DNA of 34,891 nt from Octopus bimaculoides (taxonomy: Eukaryota), in the NCBI RefSeq assembly GCF_001194135.2, contig NC_068986.1:106324856-106359746 (forward strand), read 5' to 3'. Positions 1-10,847 of the stretch are shown here, in pieces. Below the pieces are notes generated by a model that was not told where the DNA came from, searched no databases, and was given only the letters and a program-made list of their open reading frames with translations. The translations under genes were made by a program, and so were the position numbers. Numbering within the stretch: the stretch's first letter is position 1; each line of letters starts with the position of its first letter.

Positions 1-490
1 GAGTTTCAGGGCTATTTCCCTTCGTCATGGCCGGTATGACAGACTTTAACAGACTGTAATAAGTTGGCTGGTTTTCTGTCTTTTATACCAATTCCTTTGG
101 ACGGCAGCAGTAGGTGTTTGGCTATTTTTAGAATTGATGTCAAATCTATTTTTAGAAATGATGATATTTTAATTTATTGTTTTGTGTGGGTTGTAGGGAT
201 AAGATTTTTAAACCCCAGTAGGTGTTTGGCTGTTCTTAGAAATGATGCCAAATCTATTTATAGAAATGATGATATCTGAGAGATTTTTTGTGTTTTGGTT
301 ACAGGGATAAGATTTTTAAATACAAAATTTACATTAATTGTGACTGAGGGTGCAGGATAGCATCTACCTTGGTGGAAATAAAAATTAAAATACCCTTAGA
401 GTCGCAAGGAACAACATTTTTATATACGAAAATGTGCTTCCTTGCGGTTCTGACGGTCTTTTTCAACTCTTACTTCTAGCAATGAAGGTC
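1..490 (-). mobile_element. Possible Penelope-like element 3' end (GIY-YIG C-terminus remnant, 3' UTR, hammerhead-like motif)
   Basis: Minus strand 464-423 reads EKDRQNRKEAHFRI then a stop, a weak resemblance to Penelope GIY-YIG C-termini. The minus strand ends in ATGACGA-AGGG-aaatag-CCCT-GAAAC (28-3), a hammerhead-like core cut off by the window edge. Confidence 0.35.
108..323. repeat. 108-bp tandem duplication, 2 diverged copies
   Basis: cagtaggtgtttggct starts at 108 and 216. Both units continue through aaatctatt-tagaaatgatgatat and end in agggataagatttttaaa. Confidence 0.9.
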
Positions 491-837
491 GTAGCCTACA
501 CTCTCTTTATTTTATAGATACATATTTGTGTGCGTGTGTGTGTGCGTGTGTGTATTTCCGAATGTATATATGATTGTATGCATATCGAATAGCACTAAAC
601 ATGATCGTTTTTGATTTAATGAACTCATTGCGAATTCCTTTGCAAAAGAAATACATTCTCATAAACGCTACGTATTCATTTCTTGAACTTCTTAAAGAAC
701 GCTTTCCTCTAAGTGAATTTAAATTTTTATTTTCGTAGGTAATTTTTGTATATTTGAATAACCATTCTATACTCTTCCAGAGACAATTCGAATCCTCGTG
801 TGTTTCTTCATGTATTCAGCAGCTTAGAACATTTTCA

Positions 838-1066
838 TACATACATACATACATACATACATACATACATACATACATACATACATACATACATACATAC
901 GTACGTACATTATTACATTCATACATATATGTATATATGCATATATACATACATGTGTAAATGCATGCATACATACATGTGTACAGACAAACACATACAT
1001 GCATACATACATACATACATACATACATACATACATACATACATACATACATACATACATACATAC
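838..1066. repeat. (TACA)n microsatellite, interrupted
   Basis: Direct inspection. Confidence 0.95.
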
Positions 1067-1239
1067 GTACCTGGTTCTGTAGAAATCTACAAGATCTTAA
1101 TATTTAAAGAATGATGAAGAATACAAGACGCTTTCTCTCACAAATTATCTACCATTAAGTGGGCGGTCAAAATTTACTTTAAATTAAAACGAGAAATAGA
1201 ACATACATGTCTGTATACATCCTTACACACTCAAACACA

Positions 1240-1241
1240 CG

Positions 1242-1279
<38 letters not shown>

Positions 1280-1790
1280 CATATATGTATATATATATAT
1301 ATATATATGTATATACATATATGTACATATNNNNNNNNNNNNNNNNNNNNNNNNNNNNNNNNNNNNNNNNNNNNNNNNNNNNNNNNNNNNNNNNNNNNNN
1401 NNNNNNNNNNNNNNNNNNNNNNNNNNNNNNNNNNNNNNNNNNNNNNNNNNNNNNNNNNNNNNNNNNNNNNNNNNNNNNNNNNNNNNNNNNNNNNNNNNNN
1501 NNNNNNNNNNNNNNNNNNNNNNNNNNNNNNNNNNNNNNNNNNNNNNNNNNNNNNNNNNNNNNNNNNNNNNNNNNNNNNNNNNNNNNNNNNNNNNNNNNNN
1601 NNNNNNNNNNNNNNNNNNNNNNNNNNNNNNNNNNNNNNNNNNNNNNNNNTATATATATATATATATATACATACATATATATACATATATTTATATTTGT
1701 ATATATGTATATCTGTATGCATATATATATATGCATTAATATATATATAAGCATACATATACATATATATGTATATATACACACATGCAG
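1240..1790. repeat. (TA)n/(TATG)n microsatellite spanning gap 1331-1649
   Basis: Direct inspection. Confidence 0.9.
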
Positions 1791-2057
1791 AAAACCCCGT
1801 ACACCCACACTCCCACGTACACTCTCACACGCACATAAACGCACACACATAAACACATACACACACAAATATATAAAACGAAAACGAGCAAAGCCAAATA
1901 ACTAAGATTAGCTAGTGGCATGTATTTAAACAACTAAAACGAACAAGACTACTTTAATTAACATACCAGATAAAAATCTTGATTCCTTGCTATTTTCTCC
2001 GCTTCTTAGTAAGATAGTATAATCATTTTGTGACAGTTCGGGCACACACCCGTATAT

Positions 2058-2072
<15 letters not shown>

Positions 2073-2142
<70 letters not shown>
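2073..2142. repeat. (CA)n microsatellite running into gap 2143-2453
   Basis: Direct inspection. Confidence 0.95.
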
Positions 2143-2536
2143 NNNNNNNNNNNNNNNNNNNNNNNNNNNNNNNNNNNNNNNNNNNNNNNNNNNNNNNNNN
2201 NNNNNNNNNNNNNNNNNNNNNNNNNNNNNNNNNNNNNNNNNNNNNNNNNNNNNNNNNNNNNNNNNNNNNNNNNNNNNNNNNNNNNNNNNNNNNNNNNNNN
2301 NNNNNNNNNNNNNNNNNNNNNNNNNNNNNNNNNNNNNNNNNNNNNNNNNNNNNNNNNNNNNNNNNNNNNNNNNNNNNNNNNNNNNNNNNNNNNNNNNNNN
2401 NNNNNNNNNNNNNNNNNNNNNNNNNNNNNNNNNNNNNNNNNNNNNNNNNNNNNTATATATGGTGGGGGCTTGCATGTGCATGTCTATAAGCACGAGTGTG
2501 TGCGCATCTATACATGAAACCAAGCATTTTATACCA

Positions 2537-2576
<40 letters not shown>

Positions 2577-3569
2577 CTGATTGTATGCCCAACTCAGTAC
2601 ACGGTTATCCTCGAATATGGACACACTCCATTCCGCATCATGCGTGCTTCCGTCCCCTATTAAGAATGTATTCCAGCCAGTCCTTAACCACTCTTCTAAC
2701 TGCTTTCTCTCAATCTTTATATCATCGAATCACCGAGGTTCATTCGTTACTTTTTCATATGATAGGCTAGCATCGGAAACGTGAAGACTATTTATTTGAT
2801 TTGGAAACGTCAAACTAATACACAATTTGTTAAAACTTGCCCCGCCAGCGGTGTTTTGCTTTTGTGCTCATTACTTTATATATGTGTGTATGTGTGTGTG
2901 AGTGTTCGTATGTGTTAGTTTAAGTGATAACCAGAGAAAGATATGATGGGAAAAATTAAAAATGAAAGATATAAAGGAGGCATTGTTATAAAGTGACAAT
3001 ATTTGGAGACAAAATAAGAGAAACTTGTAAACATATCCGTTATAAGAGATTAAATAGAAAACTGAAGAATGAAGCACAACTAGACTCAGCGACGGACAAA
3101 GGAGCTTGGGAGGAATAAAGCAGAGCAGAAGTAAAACATAAAGGGAAGAAAATCCGAATGATAGAATGAGAATAGAAGAAATAAACTGAAAAGGGAGGGG
3201 GGAAAGCGAGTGAAAAACGAAAGAATAGAGTCAGTGAGTAGAAGTCGCAAAAGAAACAAATTTAGACACAGTGAAAGAAAAGTAATTCAATATTATAAAG
3301 AGGAGACAATTGAGAGTAAAGGAAGGGCGAATGGGAGGAAATATTTAAAGGAAGGTGAGAGGATAAACAAAAAGCAAGGCTAAGTGACGATACGCACACA
3401 CATAGACGCGCATGCGCGCACACTCACACGCATTCACGTATATGTATAGCAATATAGAGAGGATAGATGAAGATGAAGCATGGTGTAGTAAGAAGCAGGG
3501 GATGAGAAAAATACAATCACAATAGTAAGAACGAAGTATACGAAGACATGGAGAAAAACGTAGGCCGCA

Positions 3570-3571
<2 letters not shown>

Positions 3572-3631
<60 letters not shown>

Positions 3632-3660
3632 ACACACACTCACACACACACACACGCACA
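3572..3660. repeat. (CA)n microsatellite
   Basis: Direct inspection. Confidence 0.95.
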
Positions 3661-3786
3661 CACGTGTACGTACATACGTACGTGTGTGTCTGTGTGAAGT
3701 GAAATCTTTCCACAGTTACTGTAAACACGTTTACGCTTTATTTCTAAAATTTTAAGTCTTTATACTTTTCAAATATATATTTTTTG

Positions 3787-3828
3787 CGCCCTTTTAAAGC
3801 CTAGCCAGGCTCATGGGTCCGGTTTCCC
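3787..3828 (-). mobile_element. Probable 3' end of an octopus-type SINE, remainder in gap 3829-4375
   Basis: gcccttttaaagcctagccaggctcatgggtccggtttccc resembles a SINE terminus I recall from octopus; only 42 bp are visible. Confidence 0.4.
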
Positions 3829-4375
3829 NNNNNNNNNNNNNNNNNNNNNNNNNNNNNNNNNNNNNNNNNNNNNNNNNNNNNNNNNNNNNNNNNNNNNNNN
3901 NNNNNNNNNNNNNNNNNNNNNNNNNNNNNNNNNNNNNNNNNNNNNNNNNNNNNNNNNNNNNNNNNNNNNNNNNNNNNNNNNNNNNNNNNNNNNNNNNNNN
4001 NNNNNNNNNNNNNNNNNNNNNNNNNNNNNNNNNNNNNNNNNNNNNNNNNNNNNNNNNNNNNNNNNNNNNNNNNNNNNNNNNNNNNNNNNNNNNNNNNNNN
4101 NNNNNNNNNNNNNNNNNNNNNNNNNNNNNNNNNNNNNNNNNNNNNNNNNNNNNNNNNNNNNNNNNNNNNNNNNNNNNNNNNNNNNNNNNNNNNNNNNNNN
4201 NNNNNNNNNNNNNNNNNNNNNNNNNNNNNNNNNNNNNNNNNNNNNNNNNNNNNNNNNNNNNNNNNNNNNNNNNNNNNNNNNNNNNNNNNNNNNNNNNNNN
4301 NNNNNNNNNNNNNNNNNNNNNNNNNNNNNNNNNNNNNNNNNNNNNNNNNNNNNNNNNNNNNNNNNNNNNNNNNNN

Positions 4376-4697
4376 AAATTAACGTGCAAGTGGCTGAGCA
4401 CTCCACAGACATGTGTACCCTTAACGTAGTTCTCGGGGATATTTAGTATGACACAGTGTGTCAAGGCTGACCCTTTGAATTACAGGCACAACAGAAACAG
4501 GAAGTAAGAGTGAGAGAAGGTTGTGGTGAAAGAGTACAGCAGGGTTCGCCACCATCCCCTGTCGGAGCCTCGTGGAGCTTTAGGTGTTTTCGCTCAATAA
4601 ACACTCACAACGCCCGGAATCGAAACGTCTTGGAATCGAAACTGCGATCCTATGACCCCGAGTCCGCTGCCTTAACCATTGGGCCATTGCGCCTCCA
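4376..4697 (-). mobile_element. tRNA-derived SINE (family C here), 3' part lost in gap
   Basis: Minus strand starts tggaggcgcaatggcccaatggttaaggcagcggactc, with an A-box-like TGGCCCAATGG and a B-box-like GTTTCGATTCC, followed by a non-tRNA body. Confidence 0.85.
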
Positions 4698-5085
4698 CCA
4701 GTCTGGTCTGTATATCCCATCATTAACCCTCTATTCCTGAGATGAATTCGTTATAATATACGTGATATTCACTAATGGTTTTCTAATCTTACATTTCTTT
4801 GTTTACTGTGAAGTGGTGCAACTGATGTCAGCATATTTTGAGTTGGAAAGGTATCGTGCATATGTGATCAATATTGCACTTAAAGCTGGGAAGTTTACAA
4901 AACTTCTGCTACGTAATCGAATTATAAATCATATTGGATATCGAAAAACTTCCTCACGAGCTTATCACTGAGCGTGTAAATCACATTTTTCAAAACTCTA
5001 GAAAAGAAGCTGTAAGAAAAAAAACACGATAACATGATGTGCCTTGCCTCTGCGAGTAAAGGTTAGCATGTATATACGTATGCAT

Positions 5086-5086
<1 letters not shown>

Positions 5087-5165
<79 letters not shown>
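5087..5165. repeat. (CA)n microsatellite
   Basis: Direct inspection. Confidence 0.95.
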
Positions 5166-5168
<3 letters not shown>

Positions 5169-5830
5169 TACATATACACATACCTATACAGACATATAAA
5201 TATATATATGTACATATATATATATATGTATGTATGTATTTATATACATATAAATAGGCATACGTACTTTTATACTTATGCACACACATACGTACATTCA
5301 TGCAAACACACGCGCACACACACGTACTCACATAATTATGTATGTACCACGAAAATGTATGTATATATATATATATATATTTGTATACATATATATGCAT
5401 ACGTACTTACGTACTTACATACATTCATACATACGTGCATGCACACAAACACAAACAGGCACGCACGCACACTCGCGCACACACACGCACACACATATGC
5501 AAAAATAAGTGAAATGGAATTAAGAGCATTCTTCATTTAAAATCATTACAACTCTTTCGACACATTCTTACACTTGTAAAGCGTAGGTAAGATGTTGCGC
5601 ATGATTGTGGAAATAAGTTCATCATGAAATCCTCTCGCCTTTTCACTCCGGATATGACGCATCATTCTGGTTACACATTAAGAAACTGAATAAAATGGTG
5701 AGTGGATCTAACGAGGTACTCATTTAAACAAACCTCTACGAAGGCGTGCTCTACACCTTGAATGCAAGATATTGTCTGCATGTCCCACCTGTTCTACAGG
5801 TATAAGAATGTGTAGAAACTATTCAATATA

Positions 5831-5872
<42 letters not shown>

Positions 5873-5919
5873 CAAATAATATATGAGTATATGCATATAT
5901 ACTTACATGTATGTACATA

Positions 5920-6180
5920 CCTACATCTACATGTATATATACATGCATATCTGGGTACAGGACATCAGAAAAATGAAACGTGGACAAAATGAAAAACGAG
6001 AACATAAACAGAGCAGGGAAACAAACTTTTATTTCGGACAATGGTAGGAACACACAGGAAAACAGAGAGGCCGCATAGAGAACATTTCCTTCATCAGCTG
6101 CCCCTATTCTAAGCTAAACGTTTCGAAGTGAGAGGTTTTGGTATTCAGAAGATCTAAAATTCCCATCTATTTAACTCCCT
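5920..6180 (-). mobile_element. Possible Penelope-like terminal-repeat fragment
   Basis: Minus strand contains cgaaacgtt and gctgatgaagg motifs and a pyrimidine-rich tail running into TA-type repeats, the same layout as the fragments at 22790 and 28105. Confidence 0.3.
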
Positions 6181-6184
6181 CCTA

Positions 6185-6299
6185 TCGTTTCTGATGAAGG
6201 GATATCCCTCATATCCTTGAAAGAGCTGCTAGTCTACCTTTTTCTTTATAAATGTCCTAGAAATTTCACACTGTCTTGGCTTTGTTACCTCATTTTATT

Positions 6300-6300
<1 letters not shown>
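6185..6300 (+). mobile_element. Penelope-like terminal-repeat fragment with hammerhead-like core
   Basis: CTGATGA (6191-6197), 8-bp stem AGGGATAT/ATATCCTT with one G:U pair, GAAA (6219-6222), degenerate stem III gAGCTgc, then a pyrimidine tail into (CA)n. Confidence 0.5.
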
Positions 6301-6301
<1 letters not shown>

Positions 6302-6381
<80 letters not shown>

Positions 6382-6410
6382 GCTCACGTACACACACACG
6401 CACACACACA
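6302..6410. repeat. (CA)n microsatellite
   Basis: Direct inspection. Confidence 0.95.
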
Positions 6411-7023
6411 TACTATGAGAATATTTAAGCCTCTTACAGAGATGTTTTTTTCCAAGATGCCCTGGTTTAATATATATTTTGAAGTGATGCTTCTTCAATA
6501 AATATATTATAAAACATCAAATATCATTAAGAAGTTTGCGAATAGAGTGATTCAATGGATATAATTAACTATATTAATGGATTAACATTACCTACAATTG
6601 TTTCACTTCACGCCCAAATTAATTACAAAACATATATAATGTATTTTGTGTATCCTGGGTGGAAGATCTTCAGGGCAAAATGGACCTTACAGAGTTTAAA
6701 TTTTGATCAGTCGAAACAGTCCAACAGATAGAAGCATGTTTATTGTGTATGTGCGTATGTGCATGCATTAATATTATTAAAGCATGCACAGACACACACA
6801 CGCACATACACACACAAGCGTAGATATATTTATACTTGTATTTATGTGTAATTACAAATAATAATGTTTGAATAAAGCTACGTGTATGTATGAGTGTGTA
6901 TATATCAGTGTACATGTGTGTCTGTGCGTGTATGTGTGTATGCGCACGTTTGTGTGTGCATACACTATAGACACCAATTGAGCGAACTCGTTCATATTGA
7001 AATGCTTTCTAAACTGTCTTGTG

Positions 7024-7025
<2 letters not shown>

Positions 7026-7104
<79 letters not shown>
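7026..7104. repeat. (TCTA)n microsatellite
   Basis: Direct inspection. Confidence 0.95.
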
Positions 7105-7106
<2 letters not shown>

Positions 7107-7980
7107 GTGTGTCTGTCTGTCTCACTACCTCTCCCTCTCTCTGTTTGTCTATCTATTTATCTACCTATCTGTCTATATGTATATCTCTATGTTAACATGC
7201 ATATATATATGTATGCGTATGTATGTGTGTCGGTATATATATATATATATATATATATGTTGTGCCTACTTGTATGCCGGCATGTCTGCTAACGTATGTG
7301 TGTGTATATATACATATATACTTGCACATTTACACACAAACACAAATACACACACACACACATATATATATATATATGTACATATACACATTGAAAAACA
7401 CATAGACACATATACATACAAACATAACCAGGGTTTGGTAATGTAGAATGTTTGTGGGCAAAATACAGATGAGACAGATATTTCAAGTCTTTAGGCGTCA
7501 GCAGGGTTCAGTGTGGCTCGGTGCCAAGATTATGGGGCTCTTAGGATGGTTTCGTTGTATTTTGAAATAATATTTCACATGGCTTCGAGGAAATATTTCT
7601 GAACTTGTTCCGGTAGAGATGTAGTTATGAGCTAATAATGCCCATTGCTAATGACAGCTTCGGATGTGTGTACATATGTTTGTATTATGGAAATTATGTA
7701 AATGTTTATGTGAATATATGAATACATGAGAAGTCTATTTGTTCATGTGTATATATATAGCTTCTTTTGAGGTGTGCGTATGTTCTAAATAAAACAACTG
7801 GCTATTATTATCGCAATGTCTAGGCGAAAACATGTTATATATGTACAGGCATATACAAACATACACGCGCGCACACACACTCAGACTTACACAGACACAC
7901 AGACACACATATACACACAAACATATATATACATATATACATAAACACACACACACATGTATACATACATGCATACATAC

Positions 7981-8015
<35 letters not shown>

Positions 8016-8755
8016 CATACATANNNNNNNNNNNNNNNNNNNNNNNNNNNNNNNNNNTATATATATATATATATATATATGCACAGTCTAGTTTCACACA
8101 CATGTATATCTCATGTCTACCTATACATAGAAACTATAGGCACAATGATTTTTTTCCGTCTAGTAGTATAGCCGTTCATATAATCAAGTCTGTTTACATA
8201 CTTTCACAAAGATATACTTTCACACACACACATACACACACACACATACACACACACACACACACTGACACCCCCGCACATTCCCACACCTTCACGCACC
8301 TTCATACAACTTGACACACATATATGCATGCACACGCCAAAGCACACGTATGTAATGTAGTTCAAAGGCTGATATTCAAAACAAAAGGTCAGTCATTAAA
8401 TTCTAGCGCCACACTGCGCTCAGTCACTACAATGTTTTGTATTCTCTCTAGGTATCCGTGATCTGAAGTAACGGTTAGACAATGCTTTGCTGATGAGGTC
8501 TAATACGACAGAAATATACCCAGGATTTTCAATGTACTGTCAAATGTCAAGCTTATATTTACTAAATCTTATTTTACTATATTTTCAATTATTTATATTC
8601 ATGAGATCTATTGCATGATTTTTACCCATGGAGCTGTTAAATAAAATAATGTATTTTCTGTATCTAATATTAATGAATAATCTATCTATCTTTGCATTAA
8701 TCTATTTATCTAACTGTCTATGCATCAATCTATTTATCTAACTCTCTCACACACA

Positions 8756-8759
<4 letters not shown>

Positions 8760-8800
<41 letters not shown>

Positions 8801-8858
8801 GTAGGTAGGTATGTATGTAGGTAGGTAGGTAGGTAGGTAGGTAGGTAGGTAGGTAGGT
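8760..8858. repeat. Compound (TATG)n-(TAGG)n microsatellite
   Basis: Direct inspection. Confidence 0.95.
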
Positions 8859-9139
8859 GAAAAATCGTCATGTGAATGATGAACAGCAAAAATCAAAAAC
8901 GATGGCTTACATATTTGTTATTAATTCATTCCGGCAGGTTGGAAAGTGAATATGTTAATCCGTGTTGTACTTCGTCAATGGAAAGCAATTCCTTATTGAC
9001 GAATGCGCGTTTATAACACAATTGATTCTGAGTATAAGGGAACTTGGCTTAACGAATCGAATGTTTTATGAACACACATTTGTCTGAAAGGAGAGACTGA
9101 TCTACACTGACACGATATAACATGAACGAACAGATTAAG

Positions 9140-9349
9140 AATAATCTTTATAGACATAAGGCCAGACATTCCTAGGGCGGGACCAATCGATTACATCGAC
9201 CTCAGTGCATAACTGGTTGTTAATTTATCGACCCCGGAAAGAGAAAGGCAAAGTGAACAGCGGCGGAATTTGAACGCAGGACCTAAAGACGGACGAAATG
9301 CTGCTTATCATTTATCGCGGCGTGCATACGATTTTGCTTGTTCGTCGCC
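9140..9349 (-). mobile_element. tRNA-derived SINE family A, diverged copy 1
   Basis: Shares gattacatcgacc...aactggt...atcgacccc...aaag-caaagt...ggaatttgaac and head ggcgacgaac with 16117-16348. Confidence 0.85.
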
Positions 9350-9363
9350 TTAAGAATGTTAAG

Positions 9364-9542
9364 AATAATAACAAGAATATTGGCTTCAAAGTTTGGCCCA
9401 AAACCAGCAGTTTTAGGGGAAGGGGAAACTCGATTACATCGATCCCAGAGTTCAACTGGAACGTATTTTGTCAAGGCCGAAAGGATTAAAGGCAAAGTTG
9501 AGCTCAGTGGAATTTGAACTCAGACGTCAAACGGACGAAATA
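9364..9542 (-). mobile_element. SINE family A copy 2, 5'-truncated
   Basis: Same core motifs; ends at ggacgaaatac where the (AAT)n tail of copy 3 begins. Confidence 0.8.
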
Positions 9543-9544
9543 CT

Positions 9545-9791
9545 AATAATATTAATAAGAATACTATGCAGAATTATTGGTTTCAAATTTTGGCACATGG
9601 CCAGCAAGCTTTAGGATGGAGCTAGGTCGATTACATCGACCCGGCTGTTCAACTGGTTCTTATTCTATCGACCCCGAAAGAAGGAAAAATAAAGTCTACC
9701 TCGGTGGAATTTGAATCCAGAGCGTTGAAAAGGGCAAAATGCCGCTAAGCATTTAGTTCGGCGTGCTAACGATTCTGCCATCTCGCCACCT
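9545..9791 (-). mobile_element. SINE family A copy 3
   Basis: Same core motifs plus full head (gtgctaacgattctgccatctcgccacc on the plus strand). Confidence 0.85.
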
Positions 9792-10064
9792 TCATATGCA
9801 GATATAATACAAATAAATATGTAAGTTATCGTTTTAATCCTTGCTTTTCACTGTGCCCATGACGATTTGTTATCTGTTAGCTGAGGGCAACTGGGTTCAA
9901 CAAATGATTTGTTAGATGAAGCAATTAAATACCGGTTTTTGAAACTTAACTATTCGATCAGCCGCAGGGAGTCCGAGGACGGAATTCATTTCGGTGAGAT
10001 TCGAACTTGGAACGTAAAGTGTCAAACACTCTTTATATTGACATAACGAGCAAGTGAAATGCAA

Positions 10065-10505
10065 GTAGCTACAATGACGAAACTGTCTTCCCAACCATGC
10101 GGATTTGGGTTCAGTCCAACTGCGTGGCATATTGGGTAAGTGTCTTTTAAAATAGTTCCGGCCCAACCAAAACTTTGTGAGCGGACTGATTGAAGGAAAG
10201 GGAAAAAAGCCCACCGCACGCGCACGCGCACACTCGCTTTCACACCTGCATATATGTTGTTGTATATATGAGCGTCTACTTTGTGCGCGTGTGTTTGTGC
10301 TTGTACCCCTCCACTGCTTGACGACCGGTGCAAGTTGTTTCCGTTCCTGTAACTTAGCGATTCTATAGAAAATGAACGAGACAATAAGTAACAAGTTAAA
10401 AGTACAAACACACACTGGGGTTGATTTGTTCGACAAAACGCTTCAAAGCGGTGCTCCAGTACGGATGCAATCCAATGACTGATAAGACTTTAAAAAATTA
10501 AAAGT
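10065..10505 (+). mobile_element. SINE family B, old diverged copy
   Basis: Colinear with 20221-20820: cccaaccatg...ggttcagtcc-actgcgtggca...taacttagcg...ggggttgatttg...gcggtgctccag...aatgactga. Confidence 0.8.
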
Positions 10506-10511
10506 TAGAAG

Positions 10512-10754
10512 ACAAACAAGACAGAAAAGTACGCCGAGATCTGAGGGACGCTGAATTCAAAACCAAAGTCTCCGCAGTCGAGGTTGGCGTCAAGGGATTG
10601 GTAAGCTCATCTGCCTACAACCTCATGAAACAGTTGTCCATCTCTGGAAGAAGCAGGACTAGAACCTTGAGGGCCATGAAAGAAACGGCGGAGAAGGAAG
10701 GCCTCAATTTGGATCTTCTCTAGGAGGAACAAATACCAATTTCATAAGGCTTAA
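10512..10754 (+). mobile_element. HERO-type (R2 superfamily) non-LTR retrotransposon, restriction-like endonuclease C-terminus, 2 frameshifts
   Basis: TNKTEKYAE / LRDAEFKTKVSAVEVGVKGLVSSSAYNLMKQLSISGRSRTRTLRAMKETAEK / ASIWIFSRRNKYQFHKA* matches the RLE KxxKY motif and the VEVGxRG...AE(K/R)ASxW(I/L)W tail recalled for HERO elements. The second frameshift is a 4-nt GAAG duplication at 10697-10700. Confidence 0.75.
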
Positions 10755-10772
10755 TTTGCCCCAATTCATGCG

Positions 10773-10847
10773 AGTGCCAGATTGGTGTAGTCGTGTAGGG
10801 CTGCGCCTCTGGAGCCGGCGATCCGGATTCGAATTCCGCTGGGACCG
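10773..10847 (+). pseudogene. tRNA-Gln(CTG)-like sequence (degenerate tRNA or SINE head)
   Basis: tggtgtagtcgtgtagggc-tgcgc-CT CTG GA-gccgg-cgat-ccgga-TTCGAAT-tccgc-tgggacc-g is colinear with metazoan tRNA-Gln (TGGTGTAATGGTTAGCAC...CTCTGAA-TCCAG-CGAT-CCGAG-TTCAAAT-CTCGG-TGGGACC). Anticodon CTG is at 10809-10811; stems carry mismatches. Confidence 0.7.

Noticed and set aside
6030-6160. Minus-strand CTGATGA...GAAA and CTGAATA...GAAACGTT as additional hammerheads
   Set aside because: Stem II needs a long unstructured insert or is unpaired, and no clear stem I or NUH could be assigned.
7470-7520. Minus-strand ctgacgcctaaagacttgaaatatctgtc, hammerhead-like
   Set aside because: The core is incomplete and stem II does not pair.
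754-8314. Many ORFs rich in YI, HT, CV and YLSI repeats
   Set aside because: They are translations of (TA)n, (CA)n, (TACA)n and (TCTA)n microsatellites or read through N-gaps.
9140-9791. Repeat-spacer appearance suggestive of a CRISPR array
   Set aside because: The units are ~200-bp diverged SINE copies in a eukaryotic context, with no short identical repeats and no cas genes.
10773-10847. Functional tRNA-Gln gene
   Set aside because: Mismatches in the acceptor, D, anticodon and T stems, an altered B-box, and no oligo-T terminator immediately downstream; kept only as tRNA-derived.
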